Counted from the first letter of the stretch, positions 8,226-17,556 are shown. The stretch is DNA of 41,140 nt from Sandaracinaceae bacterium (GCA_044220955.1 JBGAQA010000058.1:1-41140); one strand, 5' to 3'. The notes: generated by a model not told the origin, from the letters alone. Translations and numbers: made by a program.

Positions 8226-10094
8226 ATGAGCCAGGGTCACCTCCTGCGCGAGCGGCGCTTCGGGCCGTTCTTCCTCGTGCAGTTCACCGGCGCGTTCAAC
8301 GACAACGCGCTCAAGCAGGCCATCGTCATCTTCGCGCTCAGCGCGGCGCAGAGCGACGCCGAGGCCGTCTCCCTCTGGGGCACCGCGCTCTTCATCGCGC
8401 CGTACTTCCTGTTCTCGGCGACGGCCGGTCAGCTCGCCGAGAAGCTCGACAAGGCCGCGCTCATCCGCGCGACCAAGGTCTTCGAGGTCCTCCTGATGTT
8501 CCTCGCCGCGGCGGCGTTCCAGGTCGGGAGCATCCCGCTCCTGCTCGCGCTGCTCACGCTGCTCGGCGTGCAGGCCACGTTCTTCGGCCCGGCCAAGTAC
8601 GCGATCCTCCCCTCGGTGCTCGCCGAGAGCGAGCTCGTCGGCGGCAACGCGCTGGTCGAGGCGGGCACCTACGTCGCGATCCTGGTCGGGATGATCTCGG
8701 GCGCCGAGCTCGTCGCGATCTCCGGGATCGGCACCACGCTCGTCGGGGTGCTGCTCATCGCGTGCGCGTCGCTCGGCTACCTCGCCGCGCGCAACATCCC
8801 GAGCGTTCCCTCGACCGTCCCGGATCTGAAGATACGGTGGAACCTGTTCGCCGAGACGTGGCGCACGATCTCGCTCGCGCGCGAGACACACTCGGTCTGG
8901 CTCTCGATCCTCGGCATCTCGTGGTTCTGGCTCTACGCCGCGCTCTTCCTGAGCGAGCTGCCGACGTTCGTCGTCGAGGTGATCGGCGGCCAGACGAACG
9001 TCGTCACGCTCTGCATGGTGTTCTTCTCGATCGGCGTCGGCACGGGCTCGCTCCTCTGCGAGCGGCTCTCCGCGGGGCACATCGAGCTCGGCCTCGTGCC
9101 GCTCGGCTCCATCGGCCTCTCCCTCTTCGGCGTCGACCTCTACTTCGCGAGCGAGTGGCACCACGCCTCGGGGACGGGGCTCTCGTGGCTGACGGTGCTC
9201 ACGGACGGGCACCACCTGCGGATGCTGCTCGACTTCGCGCTCATCGGCGTGTTCGGCGGCCTCTACAGCGTGCCCCTCTTCGCGTTCATCCAGCACCGCA
9301 GCGACGACACGAAGCGCTCGCGCATCATCGCCGGCAACAACATCGTCAACTCGCTCTTCATGGTCGGCTCGGCCGTGATCGCGCAGGTCTGCCGGAGCTA
9401 CTTCCGCATGAGCGTCCCCGAGGTCTTCCTCGTGGGCGCGATCCTGAACGCGCTGGTCGCGGTCTACATCTACACGGTGGTTCCCGAGTTCCTGCTGCGC
9501 TTCTGCGCGTGGCTGCTCGTGAACGTGATGTATCGGCTGCGGGTGAGGGGCCTCGAGCACATCCCCGACAAGGGTCCGGGGCTCGTCGTGTGCAACCACG
9601 TGAGCTTCGTCGACTCGCTCATCGTCGGCGCGATGTGCCACCGCCCGATCCGCTTCGTCATGTACTACCGGATCTACCGCTCGCCCCTGCTCGGCTGGAT
9701 CTTCCGCATGGCCAAGGCGATCCCCATCGCGGGCAAGAAGGAAGACCCCGCGCTGATGGAGGCGGCCTTCGCCGAGGTCAAGAAGTGCCTCGACGAGGGC
9801 GAGCTCGTCGGCATCTTCCCCGAGGGGATGGTGACGTACACCGGGGAGATGAACCCGTTCCGGCCGGGCGTCGATCGCATCCTCGCGGCGAGCCCGGTGC
9901 CGGTGGTGCCGATGGCGCTGCGCGGCCTCTGGGGCTCCTTCTTCAGCCGCCACGGCGGGCCGGCGATGTCGCGCCCGCCGCGGAGGTTCTGGTCGCGCAT
10001 CGAGCTCGAGGTCGGCGAGGCCGTGCCGGCCTCGGAGGCGACGTCGGCGCGCCTCGAGGCCGACGTGCGGCGCATGCGGGGCGACTGGAAGTAG
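8226..10094 (+). CDS. MFS transporter (LplT-like) fused to a PlsC-type acyltransferase
   Basis: N-terminal QFTGAFNDN..K and FFGPAKYAILP with about 12 TMs; C-terminal NHVSFVD (HX4D) and FPEG motifs. Starts immediately after the SDR stop codon. Confidence 0.93.
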   Translation: MSQGHLLRERRFGPFFLVQFTGAFNDNALKQAIVIFALSAAQSDAEAVSLWGTALFIAPYFLFSATAGQLAEKLDKAALIRATKVFEVLLMFLAAAAFQVGSIPLLLALLTLLGVQATFFGPAKYAILPSVLAESELVGGNALVEAGTYVAILVGMISGAELVAISGIGTTLVGVLLIACASLGYLAARNIPSVPSTVPDLKIRWNLFAETWRTISLARETHSVWLSILGISWFWLYAALFLSELPTFVVEVIGGQTNVVTLCMVFFSIGVGTGSLLCERLSAGHIELGLVPLGSIGLSLFGVDLYFASEWHHASGTGLSWLTVLTDGHHLRMLLDFALIGVFGGLYSVPLFAFIQHRSDDTKRSRIIAGNNIVNSLFMVGSAVIAQVCRSYFRMSVPEVFLVGAILNALVAVYIYTVVPEFLLRFCAWLLVNVMYRLRVRGLEHIPDKGPGLVVCNHVSFVDSLIVGAMCHRPIRFVMYYRIYRSPLLGWIFRMAKAIPIAGKKEDPALMEAAFAEVKKCLDEGELVGIFPEGMVTYTGEMNPFRPGVDRILAASPVPVVPMALRGLWGSFFSRHGGPAMSRPPRRFWSRIELEVGEAVPASEATSARLEADVRRMRGDWK

Positions 10095-10171
10095 GAGCGT
10101 GCGGCGCTCGGGCGTCAGCGCGCTGCGCGGGCGCGACCACGGGGACGAGCGTCGAGAGACCGCCGAGCGGC

Positions 10172-13100
10172 TCAGCGGCGCCTGCGGAAGCGGAGCGTGA
10201 GCCCGAGGAGCGCGAGCGCTCCGCTGGCGAGGCGGTGGTGCCCGTCGTGCTGCGTGGGCACGGAGCAGGCGCAACCCGCGGCCGCGACGGGGGCGGCGCC
10301 CGAGTCGATGCTGGTGCTCGCATCGACATGGCTCGCGTCCGCCGAGACGCCGGTGTCCCGAGCGCCCGAGTCGCGCGCGCCCGCGTCGCTGCCGGGCGTG
10401 CCGCCGTCGCCACCGGACATGCCGGCGTCCGGGCCGGACATGCCGGCATCGGCCGCCCCGCCGGCGTCGGGCATGCCTGCGTCGCCGCAGCCGGGCATGC
10501 GGGTGTGCGAGCACGTGCCGTCCGTCTGGCACGCATCCGCGGTGCACGCATCGCCGTCGCCGCAGTCGAGCGCGGTGTGCGAGCAGGCGCCGTCCGTCTG
10601 GCACGCATCGGCCGTGCACGGGTCGTGATCGTCGCAGTCGACCGCGGTCTCGCGGCAGCGCTGCGTCACGCCGTCGCAGTTCGGCGCGGTGCATGCGTCG
10701 CCGTCCACGTCGCGGCACGTCGCATCGCTCGTGCAGCAGCCGGCGATCGGGGGCGCGACGCAGGTGCCAGTCGGTCCGGCGCCGGCGAGATCGCACGCGT
10801 CGGCCGTGCACGCGTCGGTGTCGTGGCAGTCGCCGTCGCCCGTGCAGCAGCCGGCGCGCGCGGTGTTCGTGCAGTCGTGGGTCGCGACGTCGCACGTGTC
10901 CGTCGTGCATGCGATGCCGTCGCTGCACTGCGCATCGCTCGTGCAGCAGCCCGGGACCGGCGTGGACGCGCAGCGGTTCGTGGTGGTGTCGCAGCGGAGC
11001 GTCACGCACGCGCTGGCGCCCGTGCAGTCCGCATCCGCGCGGCAGCAGCCCGCGATGGGCAAGCTGCTGCACGTGCCGCCGGCGCCGCTGCAGCGCTCGG
11101 ACGTGCACACGTTTCCGTCGTCCGCGCACTGCGAGTCGACGTTGCAGCAGCCGGTGACCGCCGAGTGGCCGCAGCCGCTCGGCTCCGCGCACGAGTCCGC
11201 CGTGCACGCGTTGGCGTCGTCGCACGAGAGCATCCCCGCCTGGCAGCTGCCGCCGCGGCACACCTCGCTGCCGTCGCACACGAGTCCGTCGCTGCAGCTC
11301 GCGCCATCGGGCCGCGCCGCATCGAGGGGGCACGAGCCGAAGCCATCGCAGACCTCCGCGGCATCGCATGGGCCCGTCGCCGGCCGGCACGACGTGCCGA
11401 GCGGAAGCACCGAATCGCTCGGACAGAGCGCGTCCGAGCCCGTACAGTGCTCGACGCTGTCGCATGCGCCCGCCGACGCTCGACACACCGTCGGGAACGG
11501 CGTGAAGCCGTCCGCCGGACACGCCGCGCTCACGCCGGTGCAGCTCTCGGGTACGTCGCAAACGCCGGCCGACGGTCGACACACGATCGTCGAGTCGACG
11601 AAGAGCGCCTGGCAGAACGCGGTCGTTCCGGACGTGCCCCTGCACTCGTCCTGCACGTCGCACGGGTCGGTCGGTGCCGGCCCGCACGGCGTGCCCGCCG
11701 GCTCCGCTCCGTCCGCCGGACACGCGCCGCTCGCGCCGGTGCACCACTCGGCCACGTCGCACGCTCCGACCGGCGCACGGCAGCTCGTGCCGCTCGAGGC
11801 GAACACGTCGACGCAGGTGTCGACGCCGCCCGCGCAGTGATCTCGGGCGTCGTCGTCGCACGCCCCGCCGTTCGAGGTGCCGGTACAGTGCGTGGTGCTC
11901 TCCTCGAGCAGGTCCTCTGGACACGCCGCGCTCGATCCGTCGCACACCTCGGCCGGGTCGCACTGCCCGAGCGACGCGCGGCACGTCGTGCCGCCGGCGA
12001 GGAAGACGTCGACGCAGGTGTTCGCCGCCCCGCTGCAGTGGTCGGCGCCGTCACACGCCCCGCCGGTGGAGGTGCCGGTGCACGAGGTCGCGGCGGACTC
12101 GAACGCACAGGTCGCGGTGCAGCACGCGCCGCCGTCGCAGGCCTCGCCCGCCTCGACGATCCCGTTGCCACACACCGCGGGGACGAACACGTAGGCCAAG
12201 CCGTCCTGGAACACCATCCCGGGGTTGCTGTCGCCTCTCGGCGCGCCCACGAGCGCGGTGTCGCCGGAGACCGAGACGGAGTCGCCGAAGAAGCTGAGTG
12301 GGGCCGCGCCGGACGCGCTCAGCTTCGATTGCTGGATCCAGCTGCCTGCGCTTCGCACGAATACGTACGCCGAGCCGCAGCCGTTGCCGCTCGAACAGGC
12401 GTCACCGCGGGCGCCTACGACCGCGGTGTCGCCGGAGACCGAGACCGACGAGCCGAAGGTGTCGCTCGCCGCCGCGTCGGACGCGGTCAGCGCCGCCTGC
12501 AGGCTCCAGGTGAACCCGCTCTGCACGAACACGTACGCGGAGCCGCTGTCGAGCGTCGGTGCGTCGTCGTGGATCGCGCCCACGACCGCAGTGTCGCCCG
12601 AGACGGCGACCGACCAGCCGAAGTAGTCGTCCGCCGCCCCGCCGGGCGCGGTCAGCTTCGCCTGCTCCGACCAGCTGCTCCCGCTCCGGGCGAACACGTA
12701 GGCGGCGCCGCTGTCGAATGCCGGCGCGTCGGCCCGGTATGCGCCGGCCACCGCGGTGTCGCCCGAGACGGAGACCGACCAGCCGAGGTTGTCGTCCGCC
12801 GCCCCGTCCGATGCGGTCAGCTTCGCCTGCTCGGTCCAGCTGCTCCCGCTCCGCGCGAACACGTACGCCGCGCCGCTGTCGAGCGCCGGGGCGTCGGCCT
12901 GGTACGCGCCGACCACCGCCGTGTCGCCCGAGACCGAGACCGACCAGCCGAACACGTCGTTGAACGCCGCATCCGATGCGGTCAGCTTCGCCTGTTCGGT
13001 CCAGCTGCTGCCGCTCCGTACGAACACGTAAGCCGAGCCGCAGCCCCCCCCCGCGGCACAATCGTCGAAGGGCGCGCCGACGACTGCGGTGTCGCCCGAG

Positions 13101-14080
13101 ACCGAGACCGACTGGCCGAAGCGGTCGTTCGCGGTTCGATCGGAGGCGGTGAGCTTCGCCTGCTCGGTCCAGCTGTTGCCGCTGCGCACGAACACGTACG
13201 CCGAGCCGCAGTCGTCGCGTGGAAAAGAGGGACAGTCGTCCCGCGGCGCGCCTACGACCGCCGTGTCGCCCGAGACGGCGACCGACGAACCGAAGTAGTC
13301 GAACGACGCTCCGTCGGACGCGGCGAGCCTCTGCTGCAGGGTCCACATCGGGTCGATGACCACGGGATACCGAGCGCCCTCCGCGTCGACCTCCAGCCGT
13401 ACGACGCCGTCCGCCCAGGCCATGCGCGACGGCAGAGTGCGGCCGTCCGCGTCGTGCGCGTAGAGGTCGCGAACCAGCACCGCGCGCCCGCCGTGCGAGA
13501 GCTCGAGCGTGCCGTCTGCCCGAAGCGCGGCCGCGTAGCCTTCCGCATCGACGGCGAGCTCGAGCGCGAGGGTGCCCGGCGAGCTTCGAGGTGCGCTCGC
13601 GAGCGTGAAGCCCTGCTCGAGCCCGAGCTGCCCGTGCGCGTACCACTCGGTCAGCGCTCCCCGTCGCAGCTCGACGCGCGCTCCGTCGACGTTCGTCTCG
13701 GCCTCCGCGACGGTTTCGCCGTTCAGCCGTGCGAGCGACACGGTCACCACCCGTGCGCCCGTCCGGTCCGAGAGAGAGATGGCACTCCCGTCGACCGAGA
13801 CGCGAAGATCCTGCGAAGGGTGCGCCGCCACCAGGGCTGCGCCGTGCGTCGCGAACGCGTAGCGCCCGTCGGCCTCGGCCTGCACCGACTGCACGAAGGC
13901 CGCGCGCAGCGAGGGGTCCATCGGCGGCGCCTCGGTGGGCTCCGCGTGCACGGCCTGTTCCACGAGCGTCCCTGGAACCGAAGGTGGTGCCGGCTCTGCC
14001 GCCGTCGGTGCGGCACCACCTTCCGTGCGCCCGCAGCCGACGAGCCCGACCACGAGCACGCATACCAGACTGGCTCGCAT
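10172..14080 (-). CDS. Surface protein: lipoprotein-type signal, 7 FG-GAP blades, disintegrin-like and CTxDxC Cys repeats, MYXO-CTERM tail
   Basis: Start MRASLVC (ATG 14080, AAGGGGA RBS). Seven FGxSVxVSGDTAVVGA repeats; VCGNGIVEAGEACD followed by CRxxxGxCDxxExCxGxSxxCPxD repeats; ends GCACSV...ALALLGLTLRFRRRR. Confidence 0.9.
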   Translation of the reverse strand: MRASLVCVLVVGLVGCGRTEGGAAPTAAEPAPPSVPGTLVEQAVHAEPTEAPPMDPSLRAAFVQSVQAEADGRYAFATHGAALVAAHPSQDLRVSVDGSAISLSDRTGARVVTVSLARLNGETVAEAETNVDGARVELRRGALTEWYAHGQLGLEQGFTLASAPRSSPGTLALELAVDAEGYAAALRADGTLELSHGGRAVLVRDLYAHDADGRTLPSRMAWADGVVRLEVDAEGARYPVVIDPMWTLQQRLAASDGASFDYFGSSVAVSGDTAVVGAPRDDCPSFPRDDCGSAYVFVRSGNSWTEQAKLTASDRTANDRFGQSVSVSGDTAVVGAPFDDCAAGGGCGSAYVFVRSGSSWTEQAKLTASDAAFNDVFGWSVSVSGDTAVVGAYQADAPALDSGAAYVFARSGSSWTEQAKLTASDGAADDNLGWSVSVSGDTAVAGAYRADAPAFDSGAAYVFARSGSSWSEQAKLTAPGGAADDYFGWSVAVSGDTAVVGAIHDDAPTLDSGSAYVFVQSGFTWSLQAALTASDAAASDTFGSSVSVSGDTAVVGARGDACSSGNGCGSAYVFVRSAGSWIQQSKLSASGAAPLSFFGDSVSVSGDTALVGAPRGDSNPGMVFQDGLAYVFVPAVCGNGIVEAGEACDGGACCTATCAFESAATSCTGTSTGGACDGADHCSGAANTCVDVFLAGGTTCRASLGQCDPAEVCDGSSAACPEDLLEESTTHCTGTSNGGACDDDARDHCAGGVDTCVDVFASSGTSCRAPVGACDVAEWCTGASGACPADGAEPAGTPCGPAPTDPCDVQDECRGTSGTTAFCQALFVDSTIVCRPSAGVCDVPESCTGVSAACPADGFTPFPTVCRASAGACDSVEHCTGSDALCPSDSVLPLGTSCRPATGPCDAAEVCDGFGSCPLDAARPDGASCSDGLVCDGSEVCRGGSCQAGMLSCDDANACTADSCAEPSGCGHSAVTGCCNVDSQCADDGNVCTSERCSGAGGTCSSLPIAGCCRADADCTGASACVTLRCDTTTNRCASTPVPGCCTSDAQCSDGIACTTDTCDVATHDCTNTARAGCCTGDGDCHDTDACTADACDLAGAGPTGTCVAPPIAGCCTSDATCRDVDGDACTAPNCDGVTQRCRETAVDCDDHDPCTADACQTDGACSHTALDCGDGDACTADACQTDGTCSHTRMPGCGDAGMPDAGGAADAGMSGPDAGMSGGDGGTPGSDAGARDSGARDTGVSADASHVDASTSIDSGAAPVAAAGCACSVPTQHDGHHRLASGALALLGLTLRFRRRR

Positions 14081-14103
14081 CGCATTCCCCTTCGCGACTA
14101 CCG

Positions 14104-14118
14104 ACAACCATCGCGCCG
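14104..14118 (-). promoter_or_regulatory. Possible sigma-54 (-24/-12) promoter of the FG-GAP/disintegrin gene
   Basis: Minus strand CGGCGCG-ATGG-TTGT versus consensus TGGCACG-N4-TTGC; correct GG-N10 spacing but GT instead of GC; 24 nt upstream of the ATG. Confidence 0.3.
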
Positions 14119-14189
14119 ATTCCGGCGGAGGCGCCGACGTTCACGGGCACGGTGACGTTAACCGGCGCAGGCCCCGGGCCGCAATCGGC

Positions 14190-14720
14190 TCAGCGCGCTT
14201 CGATGCCGACGAGCTCCACGTCGAACACGAGCATGCCCGCCGGCATGCCCTCCTGGCCGCGGTACGCGAGCGCCTCCGGGATCCAGAGCCGGCGGACCTC
14301 GCCGACCTGCATGTGCGTGAGCGCCTGGGTCCAGCCCGCGATCACGGCGCTCACCCCGAGCGCGAGCGGCTGGCCTCGCGTGTGCGAGCTGTCGAACATG
14401 TGTCCGTCCGTCGTCCAGCCGGTGTAGTGCACGCGCACGGTGTCGTCGGTCGTCGGGCGTGGCCCGTCGCCGGGACGCAGGATGCAGAAGCGGAGGCCAG
14501 ACGCGCCGCGACGCGCCGTCTCGGGGGGCGCGGCGACGTCGGCGGGCGCGATCGTCGGTTCGGCGCTCGGGTCCCACGCGGTGCAGGCCTGCTCGGCCGG
14601 CGCCTCGACGGTTTCGTGGCCGGCGCTCGTCGCGTCCGCCTGCGGCGTCGCCGCTGCACGCGCGCCCCCGCAGCCGAGGGCGAGCAGCGCGAAGGTGGCC
14701 CCGATCGAGCGAGCGGACAT
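14190..14720 (-). CDS. FKBP-type peptidyl-prolyl cis-trans isomerase, lipoprotein
   Basis: VRVHYTGWTTDG..FDSS, VIAGW, RRLWIPEALAY, LVFDVEL; lipobox ALGC after MSARS (ATG 14720). Confidence 0.95.
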   Translation of the reverse strand: MSARSIGATFALLALGCGGARAAATPQADATSAGHETVEAPAEQACTAWDPSAEPTIAPADVAAPPETARRGASGLRFCILRPGDGPRPTTDDTVRVHYTGWTTDGHMFDSSHTRGQPLALGVSAVIAGWTQALTHMQVGEVRRLWIPEALAYRGQEGMPAGMLVFDVELVGIEAR

Positions 14721-14800
14721 GCGGCCGGAGCTAGCGCGGCCGGCGAGCTTCGTCGAGAGCGCGACCGGGCGCGTCTCGACCGCCCCGTCCACCGGCTGCT

Positions 14801-15805
14801 ATGAGCGAGCGCGTGAGCGGCAAGCGGAGCGGGATGCTCGTCCTCCTGATCGGCGCGTGCGCGCTCGTCGCGGCGGGCGTGGCGTTCCTCGGCAACGTCG
14901 CGCCGCCGCGCACGACGCTCGAGATGGCGCCCGAGGGCACGACCATGGTCGCGCACCTCGACGTGCCGGCCATCCTCGGCTCGCCGATGTGGCAGGCGTA
15001 CGTCGACGAGGACGAGGGCATGACGCGCATCGAGCGGCTCTGCGGGACGAGCCCGCTCGAGGCGCTGCGCGAGGCGGACGTGTACGTCGTCGGGACCGAC
15101 GAGAGCCCGCTCGCGCACCTCTCGTTCCTCGCGCGCGGCGCGCTCGATCCCGAGCAGCTCGGTCGCTGCGTGCGCGACGTCGTGGAGGACGACGGCGGCG
15201 GCGTCCACGAGGTGAGCATCGAGGGCGTGCGGGCCCTCGCGAGCGACCGCGGCGACTCGCGCGCCGCCTTCCTCGCGCGGGATACCGTGGTCGGTGGCGA
15301 CGAGGTGCTCGTGCGCGAGATGATCCACCTCGATCACGGCACGTCCCGGCCGGTGCAGGATCCGGCCCTCGCGCGGCTCTACGCGCTGGCGCTCGCGCGG
15401 CACGACGTCGTGGTCGCCGCGCACGTCCCCGACGCGTGGCGCGGGGCGATCGCCCACGCGCTCGACGAGGTGCCGGGCGTCGAGGCGCTCGCGGGCGCGG
15501 AGGCGATCGCCATCGGCGCGTCGCTCGCGGGCGGCGGCATCGGGCTGACGGTATCGGTCGCGTGCTCGCGCCCGAGCGACGCAGGGCGGCTCGCGGACGC
15601 CGCGAGGGGCGGGATCGACCACGCGCTGAGCGACCCGCTCGTGCGCCTGAGCGCGGCGGGCGTGGCGCTGCGTCGGATCCAGCTCGAGCCGCGCGGCGCC
15701 GACGTGCTCGCCACGCTCGACCTCGATCGCGACGCGTTCGAGTCGCTCATCACGCTGATCCGCGAGCAGCTCGACGAGGCGCGGATCGCGCGGACGAGGG
15801 AATAG
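14801..15805 (+). CDS. Hypothetical membrane-anchored/exported protein
   Basis: Typical codon usage and an N-terminal hydrophobic segment. The true start may be GTG 14813, 7 nt after TGcTATGAG. Confidence 0.75.
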   Translation: MSERVSGKRSGMLVLLIGACALVAAGVAFLGNVAPPRTTLEMAPEGTTMVAHLDVPAILGSPMWQAYVDEDEGMTRIERLCGTSPLEALREADVYVVGTDESPLAHLSFLARGALDPEQLGRCVRDVVEDDGGGVHEVSIEGVRALASDRGDSRAAFLARDTVVGGDEVLVREMIHLDHGTSRPVQDPALARLYALALARHDVVVAAHVPDAWRGAIAHALDEVPGVEALAGAEAIAIGASLAGGGIGLTVSVACSRPSDAGRLADAARGGIDHALSDPLVRLSAAGVALRRIQLEPRGADVLATLDLDRDAFESLITLIREQLDEARIARTRE

Positions 15806-15806
15806 C

Positions 15807-16270
15807 GAGAGCGAGCCGCAGGTCGCCGACGCGCGAGCGCGTGGCGCGGAGCTGCTCTCGAGATCGCAACGGAGCGGGCGCGAGGGCGGGGGCGAGAGCG
15901 CGAGCGAGGTCGAGAGCGAGAGCGAGAGCGAGCCGCGGGCGCAGCCCGCAACAGGCAGTATCGGCGGCGCGAAGCGCCGCGCAGGTCGCTGACGCGCGAG
16001 CCGGTGGCGCGGAGCTGCTCTCGAGATCGCAACGGAGCGAGAGCGAGAGCGAGAGCGAGAGCGAGAGCGAGAGCGAGCCGCGGGCGTAGCCCGTAACAGG
16101 CAACATCGGCGGCGCGAAGCGCCGCGCAGGTCGCCGACGCGCGAGCGCGTGGCGCGGAGCTGCTCTCGAGATCGCAACGGAGCGAGAGCGAGGTCGAGGT
16201 CGAGGTCGAGGTCGAGGTCGAGGTCGAGGTCGAGGTCGAGGTCGAGGTCGAGGTCGAGGTCGAGGTCGAG
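15807..16270. repeat. Composite intergenic array: three copies of a structured unit separated by hexamer microsatellites (REP/BIME-like)
   Basis: 109-bp units at 15930-16038 and 16075-16183 (7 differences), an internally deleted 63-bp copy at 15813-15875, (GAGAGC)6 at 16039-16074 and (GAGGTC)13 at 16190-16267. Confidence 0.95.
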
Positions 16271-16280
16271 AGGCGTCTCG

Positions 16281-17510
16281 TCAGCGCGCCGCGCGGATCG
16301 CGTCGAGGAAGCGGTCGGCGTCGTCGAGCGCGATGCCGTCCACGCGGACGCGGCGCCCGCGGTGCAGGGCGAGCTCCACCGAGACGCGGCCGCGGCTCGC
16401 CGGCACCAGGACGTCGAGGGCCAGGTCGAGGAGCGCGCCGCCGAGGAGCAGGCTCGCGCCGATCGTGAGCAACACGAGCTCCCCCGAGCGCGCGCCCTCG
16501 AAGATCCAGGTCCCGCCGACGAGCACGCCGATCGCGAGCGCGATGGCGCCCACGTAGAGGTGCACGCTCGGATAGCGCACCTCGCGACCGGCCGTCAGGA
16601 TCGCGGTGAGCGCCACGCGGTCGCTCCGCTCGCGGACCGTGCGTCCGAACGCGAAGCGGCGCTCGCGCACCTCGAGGTCGGTCCCCGCGAGCGCGAGCTC
16701 GGCCTCGCGGCGGATCCCGGCGAGGCGGAGCACGCCGCGGATCGCCCAGCCGATCAGCGCGAAGCCGCTGACGAGCGCGAGGACGCGCATGACACCGCGC
16801 GGGCGCGGCGTTCGCATGGTCCCGGCCACGCGCGCGGCCTTGTCGGCGGGCTTCGCGCCGCCCCCGCTGATCGCCCCCAGCACGCCTCGCGTGACGGCGT
16901 CGAGGCGGCTCGCACCGATCTTCTGGAGCGCTTCCTGCGCGGCAGCGCTGCCCGACGACGCGAGCGCCGTGATTCGGGCCGCGTTTCGCCCGCGGGTCGC
17001 CGCGACGCGTCCGCGCTCGCCCGCGTCGTCGACGACCGACTGCGCGACCTCGTCCCAGAACGCCCGCGCGAGGGCGACGGAGACGACGCGGTCGACGAGG
17101 TTCCAGACGGTGTAGGGCGTCGCGACCTCGAGCCAGTCGACGTGCCGAGCGAAGCGATCGACGAGCGTCGTGCGCTCCTCTTCGCGCGACCTCGCGTAGC
17201 GCGCGTCGAGCCCGACGAGCGCGAACGTCGCGACGAGCGCGCGCTCGGTGTCGGTCTCGGGGCCTCGCTCGAGGATCGTCCGCAGGTTCCCGTGTGCGCT
17301 CCCGGCGTTCTCCCGCGTCACGCCGTGCTCGCTCGCGCGCTTGTCGACGAACTCGCGGCCCGCGAAGAGCACCCGCGCCTCGGCCTGCCTCGAGAGGACG
17401 TCGAAGGCGAGCGCGCCGAGCGGGCCCTTGTGTGGGTGCTCGCGCGCCTCGGCAGCGATCTTCTCGATCGCGACGTCGTCGCCGGGCGGCCTGCTCGAAC
17501 GGGACCCCAT
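16281..17510 (-). CDS. Hypothetical membrane protein (helical N-domain, C-terminal TM helices)
   Basis: Coding-like ORF with three hydrophobic segments in the C-terminal half. Start is ATG 17510 (or 17525). Confidence 0.75.
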   Translation of the reverse strand: MGSRSSRPPGDDVAIEKIAAEAREHPHKGPLGALAFDVLSRQAEARVLFAGREFVDKRASEHGVTRENAGSAHGNLRTILERGPETDTERALVATFALVGLDARYARSREEERTTLVDRFARHVDWLEVATPYTVWNLVDRVVSVALARAFWDEVAQSVVDDAGERGRVAATRGRNAARITALASSGSAAAQEALQKIGASRLDAVTRGVLGAISGGGAKPADKAARVAGTMRTPRPRGVMRVLALVSGFALIGWAIRGVLRLAGIRREAELALAGTDLEVRERRFAFGRTVRERSDRVALTAILTAGREVRYPSVHLYVGAIALAIGVLVGGTWIFEGARSGELVLLTIGASLLLGGALLDLALDVLVPASRGRVSVELALHRGRRVRVDGIALDDADRFLDAIRAAR

Positions 17511-17556
17511 GGGCGCGGCGACCATAGCAGCGCGGGCCCCGCGCGCACTCCCCTCG

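Noticed and set aside
6578..14155. 2525-aa + strand ORF (also 6843-11984, 17248-20034, 4337-6952 and similar)
   Set aside because: Shadow frames of real genes in very GC-rich DNA; Arg/Ala/Gly-rich with no motifs.
15807..16270. CRISPR array
   Set aside because: The repeats are 58-109 bp, the spacers are microsatellites rather than unique sequence, and there are no cas genes.
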